A stretch of DNA of 63,061 bases, filler included, from Craspedostauros australis (Eukaryota): assembly GCA_030167865.1 (NCBI GenBank). It is 14 parts of 14 records of this genome, joined end to end, with 100 filler letters (N's around TTAATTAATTAA, not from the genome) between each part and the next. Parts side by side here need not be neighbours in the genome. Positions count along the whole stretch, not along the records: positions 43,853 to 53,618 come from JALAGF010005255.1; positions 53,719 to 56,037 come from JALAGF010005257.1; positions 56,138 to 57,277 come from JALAGF010005258.1; positions 57,378 to 60,303 come from JALAGF010005260.1; positions 60,404 to 63,061 come from JALAGF010005261.1; 9 more parts are not named here. One strand, 5' to 3'. Shown here in pieces: positions 50,516-63,061 of this stretch. Each line of letters begins with the position of its first letter. The first letter of the stretch is position 1. Under the pieces are notes generated by a model. That model was given only the letters and a program-made list of their open reading frames with translations, did no database searches and had not been told where the DNA came from. The translations under genes were made by a program, and so were the position numbers.

Positions 50516-51269
50516 TGTTGGAAATCCGGGGTTAGGTAGTAGATTAATCTGTTATCAATCTGTACCAATTTAGAACTGTGAGAACAAACTCCTTGACTCT
50601 TCAATTCCAATTCAGCAGCAAGTGTAATCCGTAGCAGTTCACCATGATCATGCACATGTCCATGGTTGCTTTCATCTGCTTTATCAGCTTGCTCTCATGC
50701 TCTCTTCTGCAGATTCATCATGCATCATCGTGGTGATTTGCATCTTCTACATTCGAGCAGCATCTCTCATAGACGTACAGGTACCTTCAGCATGGGTCTC
50801 AGTCTGATCGATCCCACTTGACCTCGGTTCCTCAGCATTCCTCCTGTGCCATCATCACATACTCACCGGTCATGTTCATTCCATGTCGCGTCGTCAATCG
50901 TGCTCTTGAGCGGATAGGGGCGTCGCTCCCGTTTCTCTTTCTCGGAGAGGCGATCCCTTGTCCGTCGATGCGCGTCGACATGTCTGATACATATCGGCAG
51001 TTTCGCCCATAGTCTTGGCTCATGTGCGATTACATCCCTAGAGGTCGATCCATAGGTTCGCCCTCATCACAGCGGTGGTACATGGATAGGTTCCATGGTG
51101 GGACATGACTGATGTTGATGTCATTCATGAACAGAGAGTTGATGGGGGACAGGCTGCAAGGTGGTCCGAGTGTTACCAACAAAGTTGACCTCGTCGAGTT
51201 GTGAAGATATTATTGGGAGGTGCGGCAATCATGGGTATCTTAGTAAAAGCGTACCCCCGATTCCTGACA
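50516..51269 (-). mobile_element. Short TG...CA element, 6-bp TSD AACTGG, inserted between copia RT and RNase H
   Basis: AACTGG at 50510-50515 and 51270-51275; removal restores PSNPEL|VAQMKEEYP. Confidence 0.92.
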
Positions 51270-51841
51270 AACTGGTAGCACAGATGAAGGAGGAATATCC
51301 CAAGGCCACAGAAGACATCGATGACAGATCACCAAAGCCAATCTACCCAGAGCTACCAATGTATGCATTCGTGGACGCAGACCACGCTCACGATCTGGTG
51401 ATCAGGAGATCCAACACAGGCATCATACGATTCCTGGGTAGGACGCCAGTATACTTCTCCAGCAAGCAACAAACATCCATCACAACATCCACATATGGCG
51501 CGGAATTCAACGCAATGAGATCGGTAAACGAGGAGACTATTTCGCTCAGATACGCACTCCGATTGCTGGGAGTCCAAGTCAAGTCTTCGGCTATCACATT
51601 ATGCAACAACAATGCTGTGATCTCGAACAAGACGATCGCAGACAGCCTGCTACAAAAGAAGCATGTGGCAACATCATTCCACAAAGTGCGCGAGTCTGTG
51701 GGAGCCGATATACTGGTTCCAGTATACGTTTCATCAGCACAGAACCTCGCGGATATGCTCACCAAGGCATTGGCGCGGCCAACACTAACCACTTTTGTCA
51801 CAGCTCTGTTCTACAGGGGTCATCCTCAAGATGAAGGGGCG

Positions 51842-52400
51842 TGACAGCTTTCACTGTACATCTTACCTTTTCACTAGTCGTATTAATCGAAAATACTGGT
51901 CAGAGATCGTCCTCAAATGACTCACAATACAACAACAAGAGGTCCGACCAGGGCATGCAACAACGGGTCAATACGTCTTCAGTAGTTACTTGTGCAGTTT
52001 GACAATTGATACCGAAATAGAAAGCTGAGAGGAGAGCAGATGAACAACGGCCAGAAGCCAACAGCCGTTGTTGGCGACGACTAGCAGAGAGGAGGTCCAA
52101 ACACACAGGCAGGGAATAGACCTGAATCGAGGACGAAGCTGTACCATAGAGTAGACATATGGAGGGAAGGCAGTGTGTGCTGATTGAGGTGAGGACGAAG
52201 CTCAACGTCCAAGTGCATGAACGGCGGCAGAACTGAGAATAAGACAGTGTGAAAGTCAAGCTGGGGTCAAGGTCTGGATTTCCCACCAACCCAAAACTCT
52301 AGATTTCGACCACTGATCCACGGTCCAGACGAAGTAGCAGCCTCATTATGCCTACCGCTACCACGCAATCCTCAACATTTCATCGAAACCGACCACCTCA
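51842..52400 (+). repeat. Putative 3' LTR of the copia element; part of it is homologous to 27583-27762
   Basis: Purine run GAAGGGGCG then TG directly at the pol stop; shared blocks GCAGATGAACAACGGCCAGAAGCCAAC and GTGTGAAAGTCAAGCTGGG..CCCACCAACCC. Right boundary not defined. Confidence 0.5.
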
Positions 52401-53718
52401 CCCACGCGAAATGTGGGAGCGTCGATAATAGACACGACTGGACAACAAGCCGAAGCACGACTGGCGATTCGGAACCGCATTTTTCCCTCTACGTCCGCAT
52501 GCTTGACGTTTATAGACGTAGACTAGTGCGAAAAATATAAACTTTTTAACTACGGGGCCCAGGAGCTTGTTACTTCACACATATACTCTCTACAACATAA
52601 TAGGATGATCGAAGTGTTTATCTCAAAAATCCGCAAATGACTACATGAGAACCCTGAACGGGGTCATACATTGCTGTCCCCTTCCGGAGGCTATCATCTC
52701 CAAGAACGAACAGAAAGATGAGCAGCACTCAACCAGTGTTGAGTGAGGAAAGGTTCATGGGCATGTATGAAGACCACAGACAGATAGTCGACGAGGACGG
52801 AACGCAACAGCGTTGCCGATGATGCTGCAACTTGAAGGCCACAAATAAGAATACTGGCCTAGAAAGAAACACTCCAAAGAGGTTAAAACAGATCTGCAGC
52901 TTATGCGGATTCCAGATCTGAAAAGAAAATCGGGGTATCTACTATGGAAGATGATGAAGTATGGTGAAACAATAATTCAGTGGTTCCCAACGGTACCACT
53001 AGTAATCAAAGGTACCGATTTAGTGTTTGCGTAGGCCGTGGTAGGACAAACGCGTTCAAAAATTAACACGGTGTCGAGATAAACGATATAATAGTGCACT
53101 TATCTCTGGGTCATGAAGGGATAATAGTAGTGCCCTTGGGAACGACAACACCACCTGAATTCGCTGCAAAGAAAGACCAAAATGGTGAGACGCAGAACAT
53201 CAAATTCTTGTTGGTGATGCTGCGGTGTTGTTCCAAGCCACGAAACCGAGCAACAAGCGCAGAACGCATCTTGCACATGCTCGGCTGCGGACCATCATGC
53301 TCCACTCACCATGACAACACTGGAACTGTCGCCTGTCATCTCTCCAATGTTGCACGGAGGAAGAGTCGAGTGGCTCCTTGGTGGATCGGTGCAACGATAC
53401 CTTGTACAGTATACTAGAATAGAATAGTAATTCGCTCTCGTGCACGCGTTTTCTCTCGCTCGTTGGAGCCGAAAGGTCGGCCCATCACTCCGAACATCCC
53501 GTTAGCCTCTGGAGCGGTGGGGCCGCAAACACCCTTGTTGGCAAGTTCCGCGCACGGTAACCTACGATCGTGGAAGATGGTGTTGGTTGATAGTCGTCTG
53601 TTTGCTATTTCATTACTTNNNNNNNNNNNNNNNNNNNNNNNNNNNNNNNNNNNNNNNNNNNNTTAATTAATTAANNNNNNNNNNNNNNNNNNNNNNNNNN
53701 NNNNNNNNNNNNNNNNNN

Positions 53719-56037
53719 CCTCGGTGGATCCTGCGGTGTACCTGGCCAGGTTCGCGTGGGTGACACCTCCATACTGCTTGTGTGGCTTGGTTTCCTCCCC
53801 TTCTTCTGGGGGCTTCACGCTGGCAGGTGGTTGGGGTTCTTCCTGCTCCTTCTTGCCCTCGATGCGGGTGAATCCGGATCCGTTCCGGTCGTTATTGCGG
53901 CGGGCCCAGCGGAGGGAACTGCGGAGTTTCATGATCACTCGACGGACNNNNNNNNNNNNNNNNNNNNNNNNNNNNNNNNNNNNNNNNNNNNNNNNNNNNN
54001 NNNNNNNNNNNNNNNNNNNNNNNNNNNNNNNNNNNNNNNNNNNNNNNNNNNNNNNNNNNNNNNNNNNNNNNNNNNNNNNNNNNNNGGTTGTTGGCTACCG
54101 CATTGTCCCTGGCGGACTCGGAGATGAGGTACATGCAGGTGGCTCCCATCGACTGCATGTCCGCGCTTCGTTCGATGCTCCGGACCATGGTGCGGACATT
54201 GATGTCGTCGCAACCGATGAGGTGGTTAAGGAGCGTGCGGCGTTGTTGCGCGTCGGAGACTTGTTGATCCGGGTTGGTAGCCAGGAAATTCACGTTCGCN
54301 NNNNNNNNNNNNNNNNNNNNNNNNNNNNNNNNNNNNNNNNNNNNNNNNNNNNNNNNNNNNNNNNNNNNNNNNNNNNNNNNNNNNNNNNNNNNNNNNNNNN
54401 NNNNNNNNNNNNNNNNNNNNNNNNNNNNNNNNNNNNNNNNNNNNNNNNNNNNNNNNNNNNNNNNNNNNNNNNNNNNNNNNNNNNNNNNNNNNNNNNNNNN
54501 NNNNNNNNNNTATAGTCCCGCGAATAGGGTCCTGACGTCGCTCGCGACCTGTTCTGGCGAGGTGGTTGTTGGCACACCTGTCACCGGGTCGATGTGGTCC
54601 TTGATCGCGTGGATTCCTTGGGAATGGTATCGGTGTCGGAACTGGTCGTTGATCAGGTACGCCATGTCGTTTCCAAGGAGGTGGGCATGGATTTGGTGTT
54701 TCACCATTTGGAAGGACGCCGCATCACTCGTGAATTTGACGGAGTCCGGGATGGGGCGTCGTTTCGTTAGCTTGGCCTGGGCGACTGGTGGTTCGCCGCG
54801 GGTGGATCCTCGATGTGGTGTATACCCGGGTTCGTGTTGCCCGTGTGGGGTGTTCGGACCCATGTTGCGAGGGTCATGTCTTCCGAAACCTCCGTTGGGT
54901 TCGGTTGGGCGGTACCCATACGCGGGTGGTCGTGGTGGATACCCGGGGTGAGGAGGTCCGACAGGGGTGAAGGCTCCTTGCGGCATTGGAAAAACTCCGG
55001 CTCCATGGGGAAAATGGCCCATGGGGATAGGGATTCCAATGGGCGGGAATCCTCCTGGATGGGTTCCGTGGTACATCGGGAGCGGTGGGCCATGAGGGAA
55101 TTGGTTTCCCATGTTAGGGGGATGCCCATACGGGTTGTCGCCGTGGTGTCCATGGTTAATTGGAGGTCCATGGTTGTCACGATGCGGACAGCTTGTCCCA
55201 TGGTTCGCGGGTGGGTTGCTGGCAGGGTTTCGGTTCACGGGTTCGTGCCCGTTGTTGCCTCGATAGTTACTCACGCCATGTGAGGCTGGTGTATCCGCGG
55301 TACCGTGGTAGGGATGCGGGTTCCGATCGTAGGGTGGGCGGTTCCCGTCGTTCTCTGGGTAGTTCATCTGGGGTGGGTTGGTACCTCCTGGGCCTCCGGC
55401 GGTCGTTTCGGGGGCGAAGGTTACTACCTTGGCGCCGGTGGGGTTGCGGTTGTAATCGCCGATCGTCGCGGGGTCTACGTTGGGGAAGAGTCGGTTCCGT
55501 CCTGTGGGGCCGCGGTTGTCGGGTACGTCAACGGTTTCGTCGTTACCAGGGTGTTGGTCGTAGTCGGTGCCTGGTTCGGTATCTTTGTTGGGCGGAGTGG
55601 TGCCATGGGTGTCGATGATCACTGGTGACGTGTTTTGTGATCCTTGCTTGGCGATGCTGGAGAGTTGGGTTTCGTTCTGGAAGTTGGGTGGGGTACGGTG
55701 CGGNNNNNNNNNNNNNNNNNNNNNNNNNNNNNNNNNNNNNNNNNNNNNNNNNNNNNNNNNNNNNNNNNNNNNNNNNNNNNNNNNNNNNGCTTCTGACCCA
55801 GATGAGATGCTGGTTGCGGATGCGTTGGAGAGTGCTTTCTTGTGTTCCCCGATGGCATTCAACCAGGCTTGGTTGTGATGGCGTTTACCGCATCGTTCGG
55901 AACGGCAGAAGTCTGCCATGGCTTTGGCAGTGGTGTCCGTGTTGGTGAACATTGCGTCAAGGGTGGATTCGAGAGTGGATTCCTCTTCAACTTCGATGGA
56001 TCTGATCCATTCTCCGATGTGGTAGATGAGGAGTCCT
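53719..56037 (-). mobile_element. Gag-like ORF, copy 2 (close paralogue of 27863-30356)
   Basis: Collinear protein with scattered substitutions. Confidence 0.6.
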
Positions 56038-57377
56038 NNNNNNNNNNNNNNNNNNNNNNNNNNNNNNNNNNNNNNNNNNNNTTAATTAATTAANNNNNNN
56101 NNNNNNNNNNNNNNNNNNNNNNNNNNNNNNNNNNNNNTCTATTACTGTGGCGTCATGGAGATCATGGATATGTAAAGGAGGAGTTCAAGCAAGACATTGA
56201 AAACTCCACATGAAGTAGTAGATCAATATGAGACAGGACAATTGAGTACGTATCGAATACAGAGTATCGCGCAGTGATAACATGGAGAGAGAGAGAGAGA
56301 GAGTGTTGGAAGGCTCCGCGCATGGAGAATTGGTAGTAGTCACACTCTTTGGCTGTAANNNNNNNNNNNNNNNNNNNNNNNNNNNNNNNNNNNNNNNNNN
56401 NNNNNNNNTTGGTAGTAGTCACACTCTTTGGCTGTAAGTGTTTCCGTTACTTGTTACTGTTACTGTTATCGATTGTTGATGAGCGAGCGTGCGGAATGAG
56501 ATGATCAAGATGCTCTCTTGATCCATCTCTTCCTTGCTCTCATTGTTGGTGCAGTACTCTTGCACCTCCATGCACATTGCTCTCCTTGTTGCTCGTTGAT
56601 GTTGACTTGATTGTTGTGTTGTTGTTTCTCTCTCGTTGTCTCGTCGTTGTTCCATTCTCAGGTTTTGTTGAATCTGATGATTGATGGAATCTGATGGAAT
56701 ATTTAAAACATATTTCATTCCTGTAGACCTGGTAGGTAAGGCCTTGAGGTGACGTCACATGTGGTGGATACTGTGGTATCTGCTGGTATCGTGGTATCCT
56801 GGCATTGTAGTATTGTAGTATCCTTGTGGTATCATGGTGGTATCGTTGTGACGTCATTAGTTTTGGGTCTTGATTCCACCACCAAATATTCTTGATGGCA
56901 CGCAAGTGTGACTGATGCATACACATCCGAGTACACACATTCCGACAATGTCATCCATATCGAGGTCAAGCCCAAGGGTGTCATCGCTCCCGGAAAGGGA
57001 CACGGTCCATCGGAAACTCGCGCCGAACGGATCACCGATGAAATGGACCCCAGGACTGAATCTGGATCAGAAGGGACAGTCGTACGCAGGATGGCTGCTC
57101 ACGCATGCGTGGGGATGTTCGCAAGCTCTCCAAGTGGCAAAGGCATGCGCGCTGCAATCTTGACGCAGTCACGGGACGGAGCTCGCGTTGCAGGATAGGA
57201 AGCACAGCTGGGATGGAAACTGCATCGGGTTGATGTTCCTGAAGGACAAGGTTGTACAGGAGCTGCGGCCCTGGCAANNNNNNNNNNNNNNNNNNNNNNN
57301 NNNNNNNNNNNNNNNNNNNNNTTAATTAATTAANNNNNNNNNNNNNNNNNNNNNNNNNNNNNNNNNNNNNNNNNNNN

Positions 57378-58680
57378 ATCACTCACCATACAACGCACAT
57401 TGGCTGATTTCTATTCCTATACCCCACCCCCAACCACCCAACTAAATGCTGCAAGTATTGCCCAAACTAACCCTTGATACAAATTCATCACACATTAACA
57501 CCCTAGCCCTTGCTACAAATTCATCACACGTTAACACCCTAACACCCTAACACCCTAACCCTTGCTACAAGTTCATAAAGCCCCAACCCTTTTCATCACT
57601 CACCATACAACGCACATTGGCTGATTTCTATTCCTATACCCCACCCCCAACCAACCAACTAACTTCGTCATGTATTGCCCAAACTAACCCTTGATACAAA
57701 TTCATCACCCACTACACCTTGATACAAGTTCATCACACATTAACACCCTAACCCTCGATACAAATTCATATCACCCTAACCCTTGCCACAACTCACACCC
57801 TGACACCCAAACATGCAGTGAACAGCTATTACCATCAGTCACCACACAAAAAACACTGTCCGATATCCATCACGCTCACACACACACACTCACACACACA
57901 CNNNNNNNNNNNNNNNNNNNNNNNNNNNNNNNNNNNNNNNNNNNNNNNNNNNNNNNNNNNNNNNNNNNNNNNNNNNNNNNNNNNNNNNNNNNNNNNNNNN
58001 NNNNNNNNNNNNNNNNNNNNNNNNNNNNNNNNNNNNNNNNNNNNNNNNNNNNNNNNNNNNNNNNNNNNNNNNNNNNNNNNNNNACACTCACACACACACT
58101 CACACACACACTCACACACACACTCACACACACACTCACACACACACTCACACACACACTCACACACTCACACTCACACTAACACTAACACTAACACTAA
58201 CACTCACACACGGTTGGAACACACTGTGGAGTGGCTGACACACTATCAGTACGATTCCGTTAGCCATGCACAACTCATATGCTCAAATGGAATGCACAGC
58301 AACGGCCATCAATCACCACACATCACACAAAAGCAAACACTGGCCAAATATCCACCCACAGCCCATGGACACACCCCACATTCCAAAAACACTGTCAGCA
58401 CGGTTCACACACGCGGTTATGCAAGCCGCACACACACACACATCTCACACACCCTAAAATGCAATGCACAGCAATTGCCATCACTCACCACACAACACAC
58501 ACTTGCAGTCACTTCCGTTCCCTCTCTCTCTCTCTGAACACCTCTGATCACTGTAGTCACACATGCAACAACTCCAGGAGACGTCCCACACCACGCATGA
58601 CATGGCAGGAGCATGGCACATATGGCTGTCAACTCCGTGATGCTCGTTGCTACCGCCACACTCAAAGACCGATCATGATA
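57378..58680. repeat. Reverse-complement satellite B monomers, (CA)n tract and one satellite A monomer
   Basis: ATTCCTATACCCC and AACCCTTGATAC anchors; 58450-58680 matches the reverse complement of ~15870-16090. Confidence 0.9.
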
Positions 58681-58928
58681 TGCCTTCCTTCCTGCCCATC
58701 CTGCTGTGGTGGATCCATACCGCAGTGGTGCTGCCAACAGTGGCATTGTCATCAACGATGATAGCTGCAGCAACAGTGCCAACAATGCCAACAACACAGG
58801 CAATTGTGGTGCCACCAACCAGACCACTGATGCTGATACTGCTGCCCCACCCCAGCAGCTCACGCCCCCTCCTCCACCTGTCCCTGAGGCAGCTGCGGCG
58901 CCAATAGCCGCTCCTGTTCCCACTGACT

Positions 58929-60006
58929 ATGTGGAGGTCCTTCCTGCACCTGAGGGATCCGATCCTGCTCGATCCAAGGCTGCCACCACTGCCAGAGCCT
59001 CTCCGTTGCTGTGATGGGCCTGTGCCCGCTCCTGACAACGTTGTGACTCCTGGCGAGGACACAGATCTCCCTGGCTATGTCGCACCTCCTACAGATGTCA
59101 AGCTGGATCAGGTGTACAGCAACCACGCCCACAACAATGACAATTACGGCTCCCACCTCCATGGTGGTGTTGGCGGAGATGCTGTGTGGCAGCAGTGCTT
59201 GGCTTGCATCGTCATTGCATTCTCCCCACAACGACACTTGGTCCCACATTGTTGCATTGGCCACAGATTCCTTCACCTTCTCTCTCTTTCTCTCTGGAGC
59301 TCAGGGGGGTTCGCGACCAGCTGCGGAACTTGGAGCAACCGCTGTTGCCTGCGACAGTGGCCCTCCAGATCACCCCTGGTGTACCTGGCCGCAGCAAAGT
59401 ACGGAAGCGGCTGTCGTCTCGCATGGATTTGTGGGAGACCAGCAAGTTTGCTGCGCTGGTCGAGGCCACCGAGTCACAGCTGCGCCAGCATGCCATTCCA
59501 TCTGGTGGCACCCGTGACGATGCACCACATGCCCGCGCCTTCAACACACAGGTTCTCTCTGGTCGTCTGTGTGCTGCAGTTTGCACCCTCACACATCTCA
59601 TGAAGGTGGTGATCCCCTCTTGCCAGCAGAAATCGACACCAAGTCTGGTCTGCCCGTGGAGGAGACACTGAGACTCAGGCATCCTGTCATGTCATACGTG
59701 ATCCTGACATCAGTGGCAACGGGACAAGAGCATTCGAGCCATATGACGGTCCTGCTCCCACCCCTGTCCCTGTCAAGATCACCAAATGAGGTGGTTGGAT
59801 CAGTTGCTTGCAAACTCTCCGGGGAGGCTGGTCCGGTCCAGGCGGTCTTGATGCTGTCCATCTGGGAAACTGGTTCCTGCGGTTTTGGCAGCAAGTCCAA
59901 GCATCTCCGCAAGGAGGTTGCTGCTTGGACCAACTGGCTCTCCAACTCCCATCCTCCATGGGCTGCCTACCGCGCCATGATGCCATGCCGCCTCATTGCT
60001 CTGGAC
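58929..60006 (+). mobile_element. Decayed CRE-like non-LTR retrotransposon, 5' part of the ORF
   Basis: DLPGY..LDQVY..HAHNND..HLHGGV..DAVWQ; RMDLWE..LVE; RAFNTQVLSGRL; PPWAAYRAMMPCRLIALD; frameshifted. Confidence 0.6.
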
Positions 60007-60403
60007 AGGCGAAAGAGACGCGTCGAAGATGTTCAAGACTCCGAACCTGGACAGAGGGCATCTTTTGTGTTAATTTCTACTGGAGCATCGGCAGTTTTCC
60101 AGCATGCCGAAATATGTGGTGTGGCAGGTGCTATTGCTATACTTCGGACAACCACCTTGGCTTTCATCACTTCCATCTTCAAGACGGCAACACAAAACGC
60201 AAGCGATCTGGACAAGAGAATGTTGATCAGCTGGGGTGCCAGAAGCGTTGATCGTGCAGCATACAGCCAAGCACGCGATGGTGACCACCTACTGATTCCT
60301 TTCNNNNNNNNNNNNNNNNNNNNNNNNNNNNNNNNNNNNNNNNNNNNTTAATTAATTAANNNNNNNNNNNNNNNNNNNNNNNNNNNNNNNNNNNNNNNNN
60401 NNN

Positions 60404-63061
60404 CACCCATACGATCCAGCCACAGGATCTCATCGGAACAGTACAATTCCATCGGACTACGCGCAACTACCCAATGACATGGATGACAGAGATCATCATC
60501 CTCCATACAACGAAGATGGAGTTCACGAAGACGACGACGACGGCAGCTTCAACGACGAGATAGCTGCAGCAGCCGTGGAGCAGCTCCACGAGCTGAGCAC
60601 CAAGTACAAGGACAAGGTCAACAAGGACACCTGGCTCGCCGACAGTGGAGCTNNNNNNNNNNNNNNNNNNNNNNNNNNNNNNNNNNNNNNNNNNNNNNNN
60701 NNTTCAGACGCCGCTCTCTTCAACGTGCGGCACATCAAGTCCTTCGTCCAAGTGGGAGACAGCACGAAGCTGGACTCTCCCAAGATAGGATCCATTCGCT
60801 TGAAGGTCAAGCAGCGAGACAACACTGGCCACATCATCCGGCTCGATGATGTGAAGTACACACCCAAGATGGCGGTGAACCTTTTCTCCACGAACAAGGC
60901 TCTGTACAACNNNNNNNNNNNNNNNNNNNNNNNNNNNNNNNNNNNNNNNNNNNNNGGATCCGGAACGAAGATCGTGTTCGATCGAGTCTTCCCCACATCC
61001 AACGGATTCATCACGGGAGTGCAGATGCATCCCATCATGCCATCGAACGACGACAAGGCTTGCACAGCCATCGTCAAGAATCCATCCAAGGAGATCAGCG
61101 CGGTAAACCTGCATCGAATGCTCGGCCACGCACCACTCGAGACCATGAAGCGGACAGCCGCCCAATACGGATGGAAGATTATCGGCGAGATGCCGGTATG
61201 TCGCGACTGCGCGGTCGCGAACGCAAGAGTGAAGAACATTCCGAAGGCAACCATTCCCAGAGCAACTCGCCGTGGCGAACGGCTCTTCATTGACATTAGT
61301 TACACTAAACACATAAGCTTCGGAGAGAAACGCTACTGGACTCTGATTGTGGACGACTGCATGGATCACTGCTGGAGTTTCTTTCTCAAGAACAAGAGTG
61401 ACCAACCAGGATACATCAAACGATTCGTCCAGACGATCAAATCACAGACTGGTGACCAACAGATCATCTTCCGAGGTGACAACAGCGGAGAGAACAAATC
61501 CACGCAGGATATTCTCATCGATGCAGGACTCAACGTGAAATTCAAATTCATGGCATCGAACACGCCGCAACAGAACGGCAGAGTGGAACGCAAGTTCGCG
61601 TATCTCTACACCAAGATCCGCTCCATGCTCAACGGAGCACAGCTCGATGAAGAGTATAGGCATGGCCTGTGGGCAGCAGCTGCTAGCACTGCCACCGCCA
61701 TCGCCAACATCACCGTAGCGAAGAACCAGAAGGAGTCACCACATCAACAATTCTTCGGCAACGATCCACCATATGCGGATGCACTCCGCACATTTGGAGA
61801 GGTAGGTGTTGTGAAGACCACCTACGGCGGGATCACCACCAAACTCAAGAACAGAGGAGAAGAGATGGTGTTCATCGGATATGCACACCACCATGCATCA
61901 GGGGTCTACAACATGTACAGACCATCAACCAAATCACTGGTCTGCTCTCGTGACATCAAGTGGCTCAACCAATCATACAGACAGTTCTGTGGCTGGGCAC
62001 CAGCACCGAACATATCCATCGAAGCAGGAACGACGGATGCAGACGGCTTCACAACCATTGGACGGAAGGGAGCAATGCCAAAGACGGCAACGCGTCAGGC
62101 ATCAGAAGCGAAGAGAGTATCTTTCGCTGACAGCAACAGCTATTACATCCTATCGGATAGCGACGATGAGGATGATGAGGACGATGGAGCAGTAACCCAA
62201 CTAATCCATAACGACGAGGAAGATCGGAGCGAATCCAACCATAAGGATGACGAGATCACACCATCCGGCGACGAAGCCGACGATGATACAGGCGTCACTC
62301 CTCCGAACACACCAGCGAGGTCTACACATGACACACCATCCAGACCTCCACCAAGCAAACCAAGCAAGCGTGACATAGCTAGAAAGGAGAGGATCCGACG
62401 TCACGAAGCACAAGGCAGGAAGGGAGAAGCTAATCCCAAGCCAACTGCAGGGAAGAATATTCCCAGAGTTCTGCGTGAGCTCGCAGACTTCAATGAACGA
62501 GGACGAAAGGAAGAAGGCTATGAGAGTAAATCATCATCCAATGAGGCGAGTGACGAACTCAGCGACGAGATGATCGATGATTCCAACAACGAGACTACAG
62601 ATGATGAAGAAATCATGGATGAAGGAGAGATCGAAATCATCCATCATAGCACAACAGGACTATATGGGATGAACGCAATCATCACCAAGGCACCAGCGAT
62701 TGACATCGGACTGTCGATGCAGGACGAGAACAAGGAACCAGAGAAGCACATCGAACCAACAACATTCGATGGAGCCTTTAATCATCCAAATCCCATCCAT
62801 CGAAAGGGATATCGAGCAGCCATCAAAAAGGAATTCAACTCCATGGATACACGCAAGGTGTACAACAAGATCAAACGAGACGCCATTCCACGCGGCCACA
62901 GATGCTGCAAGTGCAAATGGGTCTTCAAGCTGAAACGCGACGGCACACATCGAGCGCGACTTGTTGCATGTGGCTACTCACAAATCGCAGGAGTAGACTT
63001 CCAAGAGCATTACTCACCCGTCATCCATGACGTGACCTATCGGGTCATGATGGTGATCATG
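60404..63061 (+). mobile_element. Ty1/copia pol (protease, integrase, RT N-terminus), apparently intact and open at both ends
   Basis: WLADSGA; LHRMLGH..CRDC; LFIDIS..IVDD..RGDNSGE..TPQQNGRVER; CKWVFKLKRDGTHRARLVACGYSQIAGVDF. Missing from the ORF track because it runs off the window. Confidence 0.93.

Larger units (their letters stand above)
44912..51844 (+). mobile_element. Near full-length decayed Ty1/copia (CoDi-like) element (gag-PR-IN-RT-RH) carrying two nested short elements
   Basis: FDSGAD at ~47220; DTDPFFS and QNQNRAERMIG (integrase); KVRLIAGGH, KSLYGL, ICTHVDD (RT); FVDADHAHD, TSTYGAEF, NLADMLTK (RNase H); many stops and frameshifts. Confidence 0.92.

Noticed and set aside
56138..57277. 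Possible LTR and short ORFs
   Set aside because: No recognisable motif, partner repeat or TSD.
60523..61405. Minus-strand ORFs of 257 and 233 aa
   Set aside because: Antisense to the copia pol frame.

Overview
Eukaryotic draft-assembly sequence: about 14 contigs joined by an artificial N-TTAATTAATTAA-N linker, so neighbours across a linker are not physically linked. The gene content (spliced DUR3, CIA30-type secreted protein, diatom-type copia elements, TTAGGG motifs) points to a diatom; this is inference. Host genes: a partial Ser-Asn-Gly repeat protein, an HVA22/TB2-DP1-like membrane protein (1 intron), a SAM-dependent methyltransferase, a secreted CIA30-like protein, a large secreted FN3-like protein (1 intron) and DUR3 (2 introns). 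Most of the rest is decayed mobile DNA: several Ty1/copia elements, a tyrosine-recombinase (DIRS/Ngaro-like) remnant, a CRE-like non-LTR remnant, a YqaJ-like nuclease remnant and two ~190-200 bp satellites seeded with TTAGGG. The most notable signal is a family of short (~650-820 bp) non-coding TG...CA elements with conserved ends, variable interiors and 6-bp target-site duplications (8 full or partial copies). One copy sits in the CIA30-like gene so that GT...AG splicing could remove it in frame. All family assignments come from motif recognition by eye; no database search was run.
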